32,000 nt of DNA from Propionibacterium freudenreichii subsp. freudenreichii (GTDB lineage: Bacteria; Actinomycetota; Actinomycetes; Propionibacteriales; Propionibacteriaceae). Location: positions 1,830,001 through 1,862,000 of the forward strand of contig NZ_CP010341.1 of NCBI RefSeq assembly GCF_000940845.1, given 5' to 3'. The notes beneath the pieces are model-generated. The model was not told where the DNA came from and did not search any database. It saw nothing but the letters and a program-made list of their open reading frames with translations. Numbering within the stretch: the first letter of the stretch is position 1; every line of letters starts with the position of its first letter. Both the position numbers and the translations under genes were made by a program. Positions 1 to 8,358 of this stretch are shown here, in pieces.

Positions 1-450
1 GAGGAGCTTGACTACCTCAAGGGCGAGGGACGCAGTCTGATCGCCAAGAAGATCGGGGCCGCCAAGGCTGAGGGCGATCTGTCCGAGAACGGCGGCTACC
101 ACGCGGCCCGCGAGGAACAGGGCCAGCAGGAACTGCGGATCCGCCAGCTCGAACAGATGCTGCAGCATGCCGAGGTCGGCGAGCCACAGGGCGCTCCCGA
201 CGAGGTGACCGCCGGCAGCACCGTGACCGTCGCCTACGACGGCGACCCCGATGACACCGACGTCTTCCTGCTCGGCAGCCGCGAGATGATGGGCGTGGAC
301 AAGTCGGTGGACACCCAGGTGTTCAGCCCGCAGTCGCCCCTCGGCGCGGCCGTGCTGGGCAGGAGCGCCGGCGACACCGTCGAATACCAGGCACCGAACG
401 GCCGCGAGGTGTCGGTGAAGATCATGAAGGTCGAATCGTTCGCAAAGTGA
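1..450 (+). CDS. greA: Transcription elongation factor GreA (5' end cut by window edge)
   Basis: Frame 1 is open from nt 1 to the TGA at 448-450. The translation EELDYLKGEGRSLIAKKIGAAKAEGDLSENGGYHAAREEQGQQELRIRQLE... contains the conserved GreA coiled-coil motif DLSEN..YHAA.EEQ, followed by the C-terminal globular domain. Confidence 0.9.
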   Translation, partial: EELDYLKGEGRSLIAKKIGAAKAEGDLSENGGYHAAREEQGQQELRIRQLEQMLQHAEVGEPQGAPDEVTAGSTVTVAYDGDPDDTDVFLLGSREMMGVDKSVDTQVFSPQSPLGAAVLGRSAGDTVEYQAPNGREVSVKIMKVESFAK

Positions 451-536
451 TCTGACCTCCGTGGCCCGGTGCTTGCCATAGGCTCACACCGACACGGTTA
501 TTTCACGCTTCAATCATCCGAACAAGGAGTTTTGTC

Positions 537-971
537 ATGGGAATTGCCCACTTTGCAGCGCGTTCGCTGTTCGCCACCGTCTTCGTGCGTCGCGGCTGTG
601 CCGTGTTCCAGAATGCCGATCAGATGGCCGGCGTCACGGACGACCTGCTCGACAAGGTGCCCGCGCCGGTGCGCGACATCCTGCCCGATGTGTCCGCAGT
701 GACCCTCACCAAGCTGCAGGGCGGCACGATGACCGCCGCCGGCGTCGCACTGGCCCTGGGCATCGCTCCCCGGCTGGCATCCCTGGTGCTGGCCGCGCAG
801 ATGGTGCCCACCACCTACATGGGCCACCCCTTCTGGAAGTACGAGGGCGGCGACAAGGTGAACCAGCAGATCCACTTCGAGAAGAACCTCTCGCTCACCG
901 GCGGACTGCTCGTCACCGCGCTGGGTGGCGCGAAGAAGGCCAAGAAGGCGAAGAAGGCCAAGAAGGCCTGA
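537..971 (+). CDS. DoxX-family integral membrane protein with a lysine-rich (KKA)x4 C-terminal tail
   Basis: The ATG at 537 follows the RBS AAGGAG (caaggagttttgtcATG). The 144-aa product has about four hydrophobic segments and a DoxX-like pattern (PRLASLVLAAQMVPTTY..HPFW; LSLTGGLL). It ends in GGAKKAKKAKKAKKA. Confidence 0.7.
   Translation: MGIAHFAARSLFATVFVRRGCAVFQNADQMAGVTDDLLDKVPAPVRDILPDVSAVTLTKLQGGTMTAAGVALALGIAPRLASLVLAAQMVPTTYMGHPFWKYEGGDKVNQQIHFEKNLSLTGGLLVTALGGAKKAKKAKKAKKA
933..968 (+). repeat. Four tandem 9-bp units (aagaaggcS) encoding (KKA)x4 at the DoxX C-terminus
   Basis: Direct reading: aag aag gcc aag aag gcg aag aag gcc aag aag gcc, followed by tga. Confidence 0.9.
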
Positions 972-993
972 GCCCTCGCTGAACCACGCGATC

Positions 994-1041
994 GATGATG
1001 AGGGGCCCCGGACACCATGGTGTCCGGGGCCCCTCATCATC
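994..1041. terminator. 48-bp perfect palindrome; probable bidirectional intrinsic terminator between convergent genes
   Basis: gatgatgaggggccccggacacc|at|ggtgtccggggcccctcatcatc is exactly self-complementary through the centre at 1017/1018. It lies between the DoxX stop (971) and the stop of the minus-strand gene (1087). There is no flanking T-tract. Confidence 0.6.
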
Positions 1042-1086
1042 CTGTCACGTCATCATCTGCCACGCGCCACATCGGGATCCAGTGGC

Positions 1087-2049
1087 TCAGTCCTTCCAGA
1101 CCTCCCACCACTGCTTCCCCGCGCCGGAGTCCCGGGTGGCCCCCGCGTCGGGGCTGGTTGCCGAACCATCGTCGCGGCGCACCGAGATGCGTCCGACGAA
1201 GGCATTGAGGTCGAGGCGCCCCGCGCCATTGCCGGCCACGAATTCGTCGAGCCCGGCACCGTCGTCGGGCCAGCTCACGCCACCCAGGCGCGCCGAGGCG
1301 GTGATGGTCACATTGGCGGTGGGGGTGAGGGCCACGTTCAGGTTCCCGGTCTCCACCTTCACCCTGCTGCGGCCGCCGCGGAAATCGCCATGGATGCTGG
1401 CACCGCCGGCCTGCACGAGCATGTCGGACACGCGCGTGACATCGCGCAGCTCGGTGAGCCCGCCGGTCACCCGCACGGTGTCGAGATAGGGCACGCCGGC
1501 GGTGTTGAGGCTGCCTCCGGTGAGTTCGACGCTGACCTCGATCTGGGTGTTCACCCGCACGATGAGCGGCTCCCCCAGCCCGATCCGACGCAGGTCCTCA
1601 CGGCTGCGCGGGATCCTGCCGAGCCCGAACCCCCTGGACGACGACTTCGGCTCGTCCTCGCTGATCACTTCGAGCAGGTCGCCGCGACGGCGCAGCGAGT
1701 GGGGCCCCTCGACGGCCACGGTGGCGATGGTCTGGTCGCCGAGCACCCGCACGCGGCGTCCGGTGACCCGCACCTGCACGGCCGTGACGCCGTGGCTGCC
1801 CGACGGCTCACGTGGCCCCTGCGCCGGCTCGCTGCGGTTGCCCGCCTGTTCGGCGTGGGCCTCCTGGTGCGAGCCGGCGTCGGGCGTCCCATCGACGGCT
1901 TCGGTGTGGTCGTAGGCGGCCTCCTCCGGAGGCTGGCTCGGCGACGGGGCCGGTGCCAGGGCCTTGATGCGGCGGGCCGCCTCAGCGGTGCCGATGGCGC
2001 CGGTCACCAGATCGGTCAGGATCGCGTCCAGCTCGGTGGATTCACTCAT
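1087..2049 (-). CDS. Hypothetical protein: N-terminal helix, Pro/Ala-rich linker, beta-rich C-terminal domain (possibly DUF4097-like)
   Basis: I chose the ATG at 2049 (MSESTELDAILTDL...) within the longer ORF 1087..2403. Upstream of that ATG the reading frame is Arg/Pro-rich junk that overlaps the AI-2E gene. The C-terminal half has repeated short V.V.T/G-rich strands (VRVNTQIEVSVELTGGSLN, VRVTGGLTEL, VKVETGNLNVALT). The family assignment is from memory only. Confidence 0.6.
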   Translation of the reverse strand: MSESTELDAILTDLVTGAIGTAEAARRIKALAPAPSPSQPPEEAAYDHTEAVDGTPDAGSHQEAHAEQAGNRSEPAQGPREPSGSHGVTAVQVRVTGRRVRVLGDQTIATVAVEGPHSLRRRGDLLEVISEDEPKSSSRGFGLGRIPRSREDLRRIGLGEPLIVRVNTQIEVSVELTGGSLNTAGVPYLDTVRVTGGLTELRDVTRVSDMLVQAGGASIHGDFRGGRSRVKVETGNLNVALTPTANVTITASARLGGVSWPDDGAGLDEFVAGNGAGRLDLNAFVGRISVRRDDGSATSPDAGATRDSGAGKQWWEVWKD

Positions 2050-2055
2050 GGCGTC

Positions 2056-2061
2056 AATATA
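2056..2061 (-). promoter_or_regulatory. Candidate -10 box TATATT, 6 nt upstream of the ATG (leaderless-mRNA geometry)
   Basis: The minus strand reads ...GGCCAATATATTGACGCC ATG. This is an AT-rich hexamer in GC-rich surroundings, and no Shine-Dalgarno sequence is present. Confidence 0.35.
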
Positions 2062-2134
2062 TTGGCCGCCTGCCGCCCACCACAGGGACCGCCCGCGAAT
2101 TGGTGGCCCGTTCAGGGCTGGATCGGTCCGTCCG

Positions 2135-3565
2135 TCACGGCTGGGCGACCCCGCCCTCGCCTGCGGTGGATGGGGGATCCGTCCCTGCGACGGTTGGTGG
2201 CGCGTCCATGCCACTGGCAGCCGGGGAGGTGGTCCCCGAGGAGCTTGCACCGCGGGCCGTGGCAAGGGGATCGGCGGTGGGGCCCGCTCCCCCGTCGACT
2301 CCCTGGTCGGCCAGCCGGGAGGGTCCGCCCGTCTCCGGCGGGTCGTCTCCGGAACTGCCGGGCGCCAGTTCCGCGAGGTCCTCACCCTGATGGCGGATGC
2401 CACGAATGATGCCGGTGGCGAAGGCGACGATGGGAATGGCGAAGATGCCGCCCACCACGCCCGACAGGGTCATGCCGACGGCGATGCCGACCAGCACCAC
2501 CAGGGGCGGGATCTGCACGGCGCGGCCCAACAGCAGGGGCTGCAGGATGTGGGCCTCCAGCTGCAGGACGGCCACGAACACCGCCAGCATGATGACGGCC
2601 TTCCAGAAGCCGAGCGTCACCAGCGTCACGGCAACCGCGACGGCGCCGGAGAACAAGGCGCCGATCAGCGGCACGAAGGCGCAGACGAAGGTCAGGGCCA
2701 TGATGGCCATCCACAGGTTCGACCCCAGGATGAGTGCGCCGACGCCCGCGCCGACACCATCCACTGCCGCCACGACGACGGCGGCACGCACGTAGTTGAC
2801 CAACGCATGCCAGCCGCTCTTCAGCGGGCCCTGGGCCGCGATCCTGTTGGCGCGCGGCAGGGTCCCGATGATGCTGCGGGCATAGTGTCCGCCGTTCTTG
2901 AGGAAGAAGAAGGTCGCGAACAGGGCCATCGCCAGGCCGGCGAAGAACTTGCCGACGCCCGACCCGGCGGCCGTGGCTACCGACACGATCTGGTTCTGCT
3001 GGGCCTCGAGGTGGGTGCGGGCCTGCGACAGCCAGTTGTTCATCTGCTCCTGGCTGATGTGCAGCGGCCCGGTGCCCAGCCACGTGATGAACGCCTGCAC
3101 GCCCTTGCCGGCCTGCTCGCCGAGCTGCCTCCACTGGGTGCCGATCTGGGCGCCGACCAGGGTCAGCAGGCCGCCGATGATCACCACCAGCAGCAGCAGG
3201 CAGGTGAGCGCGGCCAGCCAGTGCGGCCAGCGGTGCTTGCGCAGGAACAGGTTGAGGGGCATGAGCGCAGCGGTGAGCAACAGGGCCGTGGCAAGGGGCG
3301 TCACGATCTCGGACAGGGTGCCGCCCAGCCACCACATGAGGCCGATCAGGGCGGCGATGATCAACAGCCGCCAGCCCCAGGCCGCCGCGGTACGCAGGGG
3401 GCGCGGCACCAGCGATTCGACGCTTGCGGCGCGCAGGTCCTCAAGTTCCCTGAGCTGCTCGCCGGTCAGCGGCTCGGGACCCGACGAGGGGTGCGGGGCC
3501 TCGTCAGGATGCTGCGGTCGGGTGGGGCGCCGGATCATGCGCCGTCCCAGCGAGAATGCCGGCAT
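2135..3565 (-). CDS. AI-2E family transporter (PerM/YhhT-like permease) with a disordered C-terminal tail
   Basis: The ATG at 3565 follows GAAGGAGGCCCC on the minus strand. The 476-aa product has multiple TM helices and typical AI-2E blocks (FFFLKNG, FVPLIGA, LQLEAHILQPLLLG). The last ~110 aa are rich in G, P, S, T and A. Confidence 0.85.
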   Translation of the reverse strand: MPAFSLGRRMIRRPTRPQHPDEAPHPSSGPEPLTGEQLRELEDLRAASVESLVPRPLRTAAAWGWRLLIIAALIGLMWWLGGTLSEIVTPLATALLLTAALMPLNLFLRKHRWPHWLAALTCLLLLVVIIGGLLTLVGAQIGTQWRQLGEQAGKGVQAFITWLGTGPLHISQEQMNNWLSQARTHLEAQQNQIVSVATAAGSGVGKFFAGLAMALFATFFFLKNGGHYARSIIGTLPRANRIAAQGPLKSGWHALVNYVRAAVVVAAVDGVGAGVGALILGSNLWMAIMALTFVCAFVPLIGALFSGAVAVAVTLVTLGFWKAVIMLAVFVAVLQLEAHILQPLLLGRAVQIPPLVVLVGIAVGMTLSGVVGGIFAIPIVAFATGIIRGIRHQGEDLAELAPGSSGDDPPETGGPSRLADQGVDGGAGPTADPLATARGASSSGTTSPAASGMDAPPTVAGTDPPSTAGEGGVAQP

Positions 3566-3745
3566 GGGGCCTCCTTCAAGCTGCCTGTGCACGCCCTTGC
3601 CCCGGTCGTGCACGTAATTGCCAGTGTGCCGCATCGCGGGCAGTGTCCGGACGCGGCACGCGGCGTGGTGGATGAGGGGCCCGCAGGCACCGGCGGTGGC
3701 TAATGTGTTGCGCGCCGACCAAGCCCACCAACTGCGGGAGAACGC

Positions 3746-4435
3746 GTGAACGCCCAGCCCATCGCCCAGCTCATGGCGCCCGATTGGGCTGCCGCGCTTG
3801 CTCCCCAGGAACCCCAGATCCACGCCATGGGGAAATTCCTGCGCGGCGAGATCGCCGCCGGGCGGGGATACCTTCCCGATGGCGACAAGGTGCTGCGGGC
3901 CTTCAGCCGTCCGATGGCCGACGTGCGGGTGCTCATCGTCGGCCAGGACCCCTATCCGACGCCGGGGCATCCGATCGGCCTGAGCTTCGCGGTGAATCGC
4001 GACGTCCGCCCGCTGCCGCGCAGCCTGGTGAACATCTACCAGGAACTGAGCTCCGACCTGGGGATCCCGCCGGCACCACACGGCGACCTGACCGGCTGGT
4101 TCGATCAGGGCGTACTGCTGCTCAACAGGTGCCTCACGGTGCGGCCGGGCCATCCCGCGTCGCACCGGGGCAAGGGTTGGGAGCCGGTCACCCAGGCCGC
4201 GATCGAGGCGCTCGTCGCGCGGGGCGGGCCGCTGGTCGCCATCCTGTGGGGACGCGATGCCCAGTCGTTGACGCCGATGCTGCAGGCCGGCGGCGTGCCG
4301 ATCATCGCCTCACCGCACCCCAGCCCGCTGTCGGCCCGTTCCGGGTTCTTCGGGTCCAGGCCCTTCAGCCGCGCCAACGCGGCACTCGTCGGGGCCGGCG
4401 CCCAGCCCATCGACTGGGACCTGAACGAGCGCTGA
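3746..4435 (+). CDS. ung: Uracil-DNA glycosylase, family 1
   Basis: The GTG at 3746 lies 7 nt after GGGAG. Motifs present: [20 protein letters not shown] (water-activating loop), GVLLLN, and [10 protein letters not shown] (Leu-intercalation loop). Confidence 0.9.
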   Translation: MNAQPIAQLMAPDWAAALAPQEPQIHAMGKFLRGEIAAGRGYLPDGDKVLRAFSRPMADVRVLIVGQDPYPTPGHPIGLSFAVNRDVRPLPRSLVNIYQELSSDLGIPPAPHGDLTGWFDQGVLLLNRCLTVRPGHPASHRGKGWEPVTQAAIEALVARGGPLVAILWGRDAQSLTPMLQAGGVPIIASPHPSPLSARSGFFGSRPFSRANAALVGAGAQPIDWDLNER

Positions 4436-4546
4436 CACAGCGGCCCTTCTGCCGACCGGGCCGGGGGCCAACCGGCGGGCTCCACACCCGATTGCGCCCA
4501 CAGCGTGCAGCGGTCCGGAACCCCGGCTGCCACGTAAAATGGCGGG

Positions 4547-5182
4547 GTGTTCCGCTTCGATGAGCCTGTGACGTTGACCGCCGAGAACGCCCTTCCCGGC
4601 CGTGACCAGCCCGTGCTGGGGATGCCCTTCTTCCACCGCGTCTTCGGTGACCCGCTCGATCGCGCCTTCCCCGGTGCACAGACCGCCTACTTGGCGGCCG
4701 GGTGCTTCTGGGGCGTCGAGAAGCTGTTCTGGCAGCAGCCCGGCGTGTTGTCCACTGCGGCGGGCTACATGGGTGGCTTCACCAGGAATCCCACCTACGA
4801 AGAGACCTGCAGCGGGCTGACCGGCCACGCCGAGACGGTGCGCGTGGTGTTCGATCCCACGCAGACGAGCTACGAGCAGTTGGTGCGCGTCTTCTTCGAG
4901 AACCACGACCCCACCCAGCTCGACCGCCAGGGAAACGACGTCGGCACGCAGTACCGCTCGGCGTTGTTCACCACCGACGACGAGCAGCAGGCCATCGCCG
5001 AGCGCGTGCGCGACAGCTATCAGCGCGATATGTCGGCGGCGGGCTACGGCCAGCTGACCACCGAGATCGGCAATGGTGGGCCCTGGTACTTCGCCGAGGA
5101 CTACCACCAGCAGTACCTGGACGCGAATCCCCACGGATACTGCCCGGTGCACGCCACCGGCATTCCGTGCACGGCCGCCTGA
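4547..5182 (+). CDS. msrA: Peptide-methionine (S)-S-oxide reductase MsrA
   Basis: GTG start at 4547. The active-site motif GCFWGVE is present. The sequence is colinear with E. coli MsrA as I recall it (ALPGR..., [39 protein letters not shown]). Confidence 0.9.
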   Translation: MFRFDEPVTLTAENALPGRDQPVLGMPFFHRVFGDPLDRAFPGAQTAYLAAGCFWGVEKLFWQQPGVLSTAAGYMGGFTRNPTYEETCSGLTGHAETVRVVFDPTQTSYEQLVRVFFENHDPTQLDRQGNDVGTQYRSALFTTDDEQQAIAERVRDSYQRDMSAAGYGQLTTEIGNGGPWYFAEDYHQQYLDANPHGYCPVHATGIPCTAA

Positions 5183-5192
5183 TCTCACTGCC

Positions 5193-5213
5193 GTCCGGCC
5201 GTGCTGGCCGGAC
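5193..5213 (+). terminator. Hairpin downstream of msrA (8-bp GC stem, 5-nt loop)
   Basis: The sequence is gtccggcc-gtgct-ggccggac, starting 11 nt after the msrA stop. There is no T-tract. Confidence 0.4.
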
Positions 5214-5308
5214 AACCCCCTACCCAACGCAACGCAACCGTGACGCTCTCCTGCTGAGCGCAGGTAAGCCAGCGGATCGGGCACCGGGCGACTTGGGATA
5301 CTGGCACC

Positions 5309-5839
5309 ATGCGTCACTTCTCAGCACCCCGACCCCGCACGCTGCGATGGACCGCTGCCGTGCTTGCCTTCGCCACGGTGCTCACCGTGCTCGCGTGGAC
5401 GTCCGGATCCAACCCGATGCTGCTCACCCTGGCGATCCTGCTCGCACTGCTCACCGTTGTGGCACTGGGTGTGGCGCGGGCCACGGCCCACCCGACGAGC
5501 CATCCCGATCTCGATGATGCCGAGGCCGGGGACACGGAACTCATCCATCTCGACCGGTCAACCGTGCCCGGCGAGACCGAGGATGACCGCCGCCTTGACG
5601 TGGACCCCCACCAGGTGCACGACCTTGGTGGGCTGATCGACTGTATCGGCTCGAACAACTACTTGACCACTGCGGCCCCCGAGGGTGGCAGCTGGCTGGT
5701 GAGGCTGGGCCAGCAGAAGGCCGCCACCATCAATGCCGACGGGTCGGTGACCCATGTCCTGCCGGCCTCCACGCCGCTGGCCGCCGGGAACCACGTGACC
5801 GTGCAATGGCGGGCAGCCAGGGGCCTTCCCGGTCGCTGA
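5309..5839 (+). CDS. Hypothetical membrane protein (two N-terminal TM segments)
   Basis: This 176-aa ORF contains the hydrophobic segments WTAAVLAFATVLTVLAW and MLLTLAILLALLTVVALGVA, followed by a soluble acidic domain. I recognise no family. Confidence 0.55.
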   Translation: MRHFSAPRPRTLRWTAAVLAFATVLTVLAWTSGSNPMLLTLAILLALLTVVALGVARATAHPTSHPDLDDAEAGDTELIHLDRSTVPGETEDDRRLDVDPHQVHDLGGLIDCIGSNNYLTTAAPEGGSWLVRLGQQKAATINADGSVTHVLPASTPLAAGNHVTVQWRAARGLPGR

Positions 5840-5928
5840 CGCCGACGCGCCCCGCAGTCCCCTAGCCCCGCAGCCTCCAGCTCCCAGCCCGCGGACCGAC
5901 TGGCCTGCGGTGCAGCTCCCCGGCGGGG

Positions 5929-6576
5929 TCAGCGCCGGCGTTCCTGCGCCAGGCGCACCGATTCGGGCACTGCCCCCTGCGCCCAGGGTGCCGGCCGTGC
6001 CTCGTCGAGCACGGTACGCACCGGCACGATGCCGCCCCAGCCGCCCGCTCCCCCGCCGTCGGCGTCGACGACCATCTCGTCGGGACCCATCGCCCGCACC
6101 TTCATGATCCAGTTGTCGGCCGTGATCGGCAGGGCGAGCACCATGGTGGCGGCGAGCTGCTTGTGCGTGAGCCCGGGCACCTCCCCCATGCGTCCCGGCA
6201 GGAATGCCTCGGTGAGGGCCCCGAGCAGGGCGGCCTGTTCGTCGCCGGTGACGCGGGTCGCCACGCCGCGCAGCGACGCCGACCGGTAGTTCACCGAGGT
6301 GGAGAAGGCCGTGGCACCCACCACCAGGGCATCGACGGTGGCGATGGTCAACACGATCGGAGCCCCGGCAGCGGCGTGGCGCAACGCCCCCGCACCCGTG
6401 GATCCGTGCATGACGACGCGATCGCCGGCGCGGGCGACATTGATCGGAATCGCCCAGGGCTCGCCATCGGGACTCACCGTGGACAGCGTGGCCAGGCCGA
6501 TCTCGTCGAGCAGCTGGTCGAGCCGGGCCCGATCGGTGATGGCCCGCTCGGGATGACGGTGGATCTGGTTGTCCAT
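5929..6576 (-). CDS. Pyridoxamine 5'-phosphate oxidase family (flavin-binding split-barrel) protein
   Basis: The ATG at 6576 follows AGGAGCCGTG. The N-terminus is typical of the Pyridox_ox_2 family: HPERAITDRARLDQLLDEIGLATLSTVSPDGEPWAIPINVARAGDRVVMHGSTGAG. Confidence 0.75.
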   Translation of the reverse strand: MDNQIHRHPERAITDRARLDQLLDEIGLATLSTVSPDGEPWAIPINVARAGDRVVMHGSTGAGALRHAAAGAPIVLTIATVDALVVGATAFSTSVNYRSASLRGVATRVTGDEQAALLGALTEAFLPGRMGEVPGLTHKQLAATMVLALPITADNWIMKVRAMGPDEMVVDADGGGAGGWGGIVPVRTVLDEARPAPWAQGAVPESVRLAQERRR

Positions 6577-6753
6577 CACGGCTCCTGTCCGGCCGGCATG
6601 GCGTCGGCGCAACGTCAGACTAATCAATCGCGTCACCCGGCCGGCGCGAGGTCCACGACACATCCCGCGAGTAGCCGATCCGGGTGGTTCCCGCCCCTCC
6701 GGGCACGCGGGAGCGGACGTGCCGACGGCGGTGGAACCCGCGACAATGGGGCC

Positions 6754-7368
6754 ATGACCGTGAAAGCCCTGCTCACCGACATGTTCGGCGTCATCGCCCA
6801 GATCCAGCCGGAGTCGGCCCGCACGCGGCTGGTGCGCATCGCCGGTGCCGAGCCCGATGCCTTCTGGGCCGCCTACTGGGCGCACCGCCCCGACTACGAC
6901 CAGGGCATCTCGACGCCCCTGGACTACTGGAGCCGGGTGGCCTGCGACCTGCGGATGGACTTCGGCACGGAACAGCTGATGGAACTGCATGCCGCCGACA
7001 TCGACAGCTGGTCGCTGCGTCACCAGGACATGATCGACGCGCTGCCCAGGGTCAGGGCAGCCGGATACCGGCTGGCGCTGCTGAGCAATATCCCCACCTC
7101 GCTGGCCGAGCATGTCTATGCGGTGGACGAGTTCATGGACGAATTCGAGGTGGTGGCCATGAGTTGCCACATCGACGCCGTCAAGCCCTCGCCCGCGGCC
7201 TACCAGTGGTGCATCGACCGGCTGGACCTGCCCGCCGATGAGATCCTGTTCATCGACGACAGCCAACGCAATGTGGACGCCGCCGCAGCGGTTGGGCTTC
7301 AGGCACGGCTCTATCGTGGAGTGGACGATCTCTTCGCCACCCTGTCGATCGAAAAGAGCCGGATATGA
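6754..7368 (+). CDS. HAD-superfamily hydrolase, subfamily IA (motif I is D-x-F, dehalogenase-like, not D-x-D)
   Basis: Start is the ATG at 6754. Motif I is LLTDMFGVI, motif II is LALLSN, motif III is the K in DAVKPSPAAY, and motif IV is LFIDDSQRNVDAA. Confidence 0.75.
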   Translation: MTVKALLTDMFGVIAQIQPESARTRLVRIAGAEPDAFWAAYWAHRPDYDQGISTPLDYWSRVACDLRMDFGTEQLMELHAADIDSWSLRHQDMIDALPRVRAAGYRLALLSNIPTSLAEHVYAVDEFMDEFEVVAMSCHIDAVKPSPAAYQWCIDRLDLPADEILFIDDSQRNVDAAAAVGLQARLYRGVDDLFATLSIEKSRI

Positions 7369-7871
7369 ACGCCATTGACCTCATGCAGGACTGCTTCGTG
7401 CGCGTGAGCGACACCCTGCCCCATCTGCTCGACGGCTTGTCGGGCGATGACCTGCTGTGGCGTCCGGGCCCCAAGGCCAACCCGATGGCGTGGCTGGTGT
7501 GGCACATCTCACGCTGTGAGGACTCCGAGCTGGACGCGCTGACCGACATCCCGCAGGCGTGGGGGCAGGGCTGGCAGCAGAAGTTCGCCCTGCCCTATCC
7601 TCCCGAGGACGGCGGATACGGCCAGACCAATGAGCAGGTCGCCGCATTCAACGTGTCGGATCCCGACCTGCTGCTCGGCTATTTCTATGCCGCCTCCGCC
7701 CGGGCGGCCAAGGTGCTCGAGCAGGAACGCGCCAAGGACCTCGACCGCATCGTCGACACGAACTGGAATCCGCCGGTGAAGGCCGGCACCCGACTGGTCT
7801 CGGTGGCCAATGACATCACCCAGCACCTGGGCGCGCTGGGATATGTGCGCGGACTGGTCGAGACGCGCTGA
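7365..7871 (+). CDS. DinB-family (DinB_2/YfiT-like four-helix bundle) protein
   Basis: The ATG overlaps the HAD stop (ATGA at 7365-7368). The N-terminus reads LLDGLSGDDLLWRPGPKANPMAWLVWHISRCED, with a C-terminal ITQHLGALGYVRG. This gives a His/Asp/His triad pattern typical of the DinB fold. Confidence 0.65.
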   Translation: MNAIDLMQDCFVRVSDTLPHLLDGLSGDDLLWRPGPKANPMAWLVWHISRCEDSELDALTDIPQAWGQGWQQKFALPYPPEDGGYGQTNEQVAAFNVSDPDLLLGYFYAASARAAKVLEQERAKDLDRIVDTNWNPPVKAGTRLVSVANDITQHLGALGYVRGLVETR

Positions 7872-7896
7872 CCTGCGTCCCGAGCCCGCCGGACGT

Positions 7897-8352
7897 TCAG
7901 TGTGTCGTGGTCGGGCCGGGCGTACCGCCCTCGTCGGGGACGATGTCGCCCGCCTGCGGGGCGTTGCCGGTGTGGCCCCCGGATGCCTTGTCGGCCACCT
8001 GCCCGGCGCGACGCTTGGGCGCTGCCACCGGCTTCGGGGCGGCGGAGGCGCCGTGGATGCCGGACTTGTCGGCCTCCTCGCGCTTCTCCTCCTTGCGCGT
8101 GCGGGAGTAACGGGTGGCGAAGGTCGTCCTGGTGAGCGCCAACCCGATCCCGAACAGCAATCCGCCCAGCAGCAGGCCCACCGAGGTCACGATGAACCAA
8201 GGACGCGGATCGCTGTAGGCGATGCTCGTATTCGTGGCGGCCAGTGACCACAGGGCCTTGAGGTCGAAGAAATAGACCTTGATGAAAATGGCCACGGCGG
8301 CGACGAAGAACACTCCGCCCAGGATCATGAGGGTGCCCTTGACGTATTTCAT
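7897..8352 (-). CDS. Hypothetical membrane protein (two TM segments, basic/Pro-rich tail)
   Basis: The 151-aa ORF begins MKYVKGTLMILGGVFFVAAVAIFIKVYFF, with a second TM segment WFIVTSVGLLLGGLLFGIGLAL. The C-terminus is charged and low-complexity. Confidence 0.6.
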   Translation of the reverse strand: MKYVKGTLMILGGVFFVAAVAIFIKVYFFDLKALWSLAATNTSIAYSDPRPWFIVTSVGLLLGGLLFGIGLALTRTTFATRYSRTRKEEKREEADKSGIHGASAAPKPVAAPKRRAGQVADKASGGHTGNAPQAGDIVPDEGGTPGPTTTH

Positions 8353-8358
8353 GGTTCG

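Noticed and set aside
925-3703. Very long plus-strand ORFs (925..2409, 494 aa; 1964..3703, 579 aa) lying antisense to the hypothetical and AI-2E genes
   Set aside because: Their translations are Arg/Pro/Gly/Ala-rich low-complexity sequence with no recognisable motifs. They lie antisense to genes with clear family signatures. Long spurious antisense ORFs are expected at this GC content because stop codons are depleted.
2135-4165. Maximal ORF extensions, including the 676-aa version of the AI-2E gene and the long versions of 5929..7266, 6163..7368, 9020..10141, 12706..13572, 13542..14531 and 23685..24470
   Set aside because: The extensions overlap neighbouring well-supported genes on the other strand (for example ung), consist of Arg/Pro-rich sequence, and lack ribosome-binding sites. 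Internal starts with an SD sequence or leaderless geometry give proteins of family-typical length.
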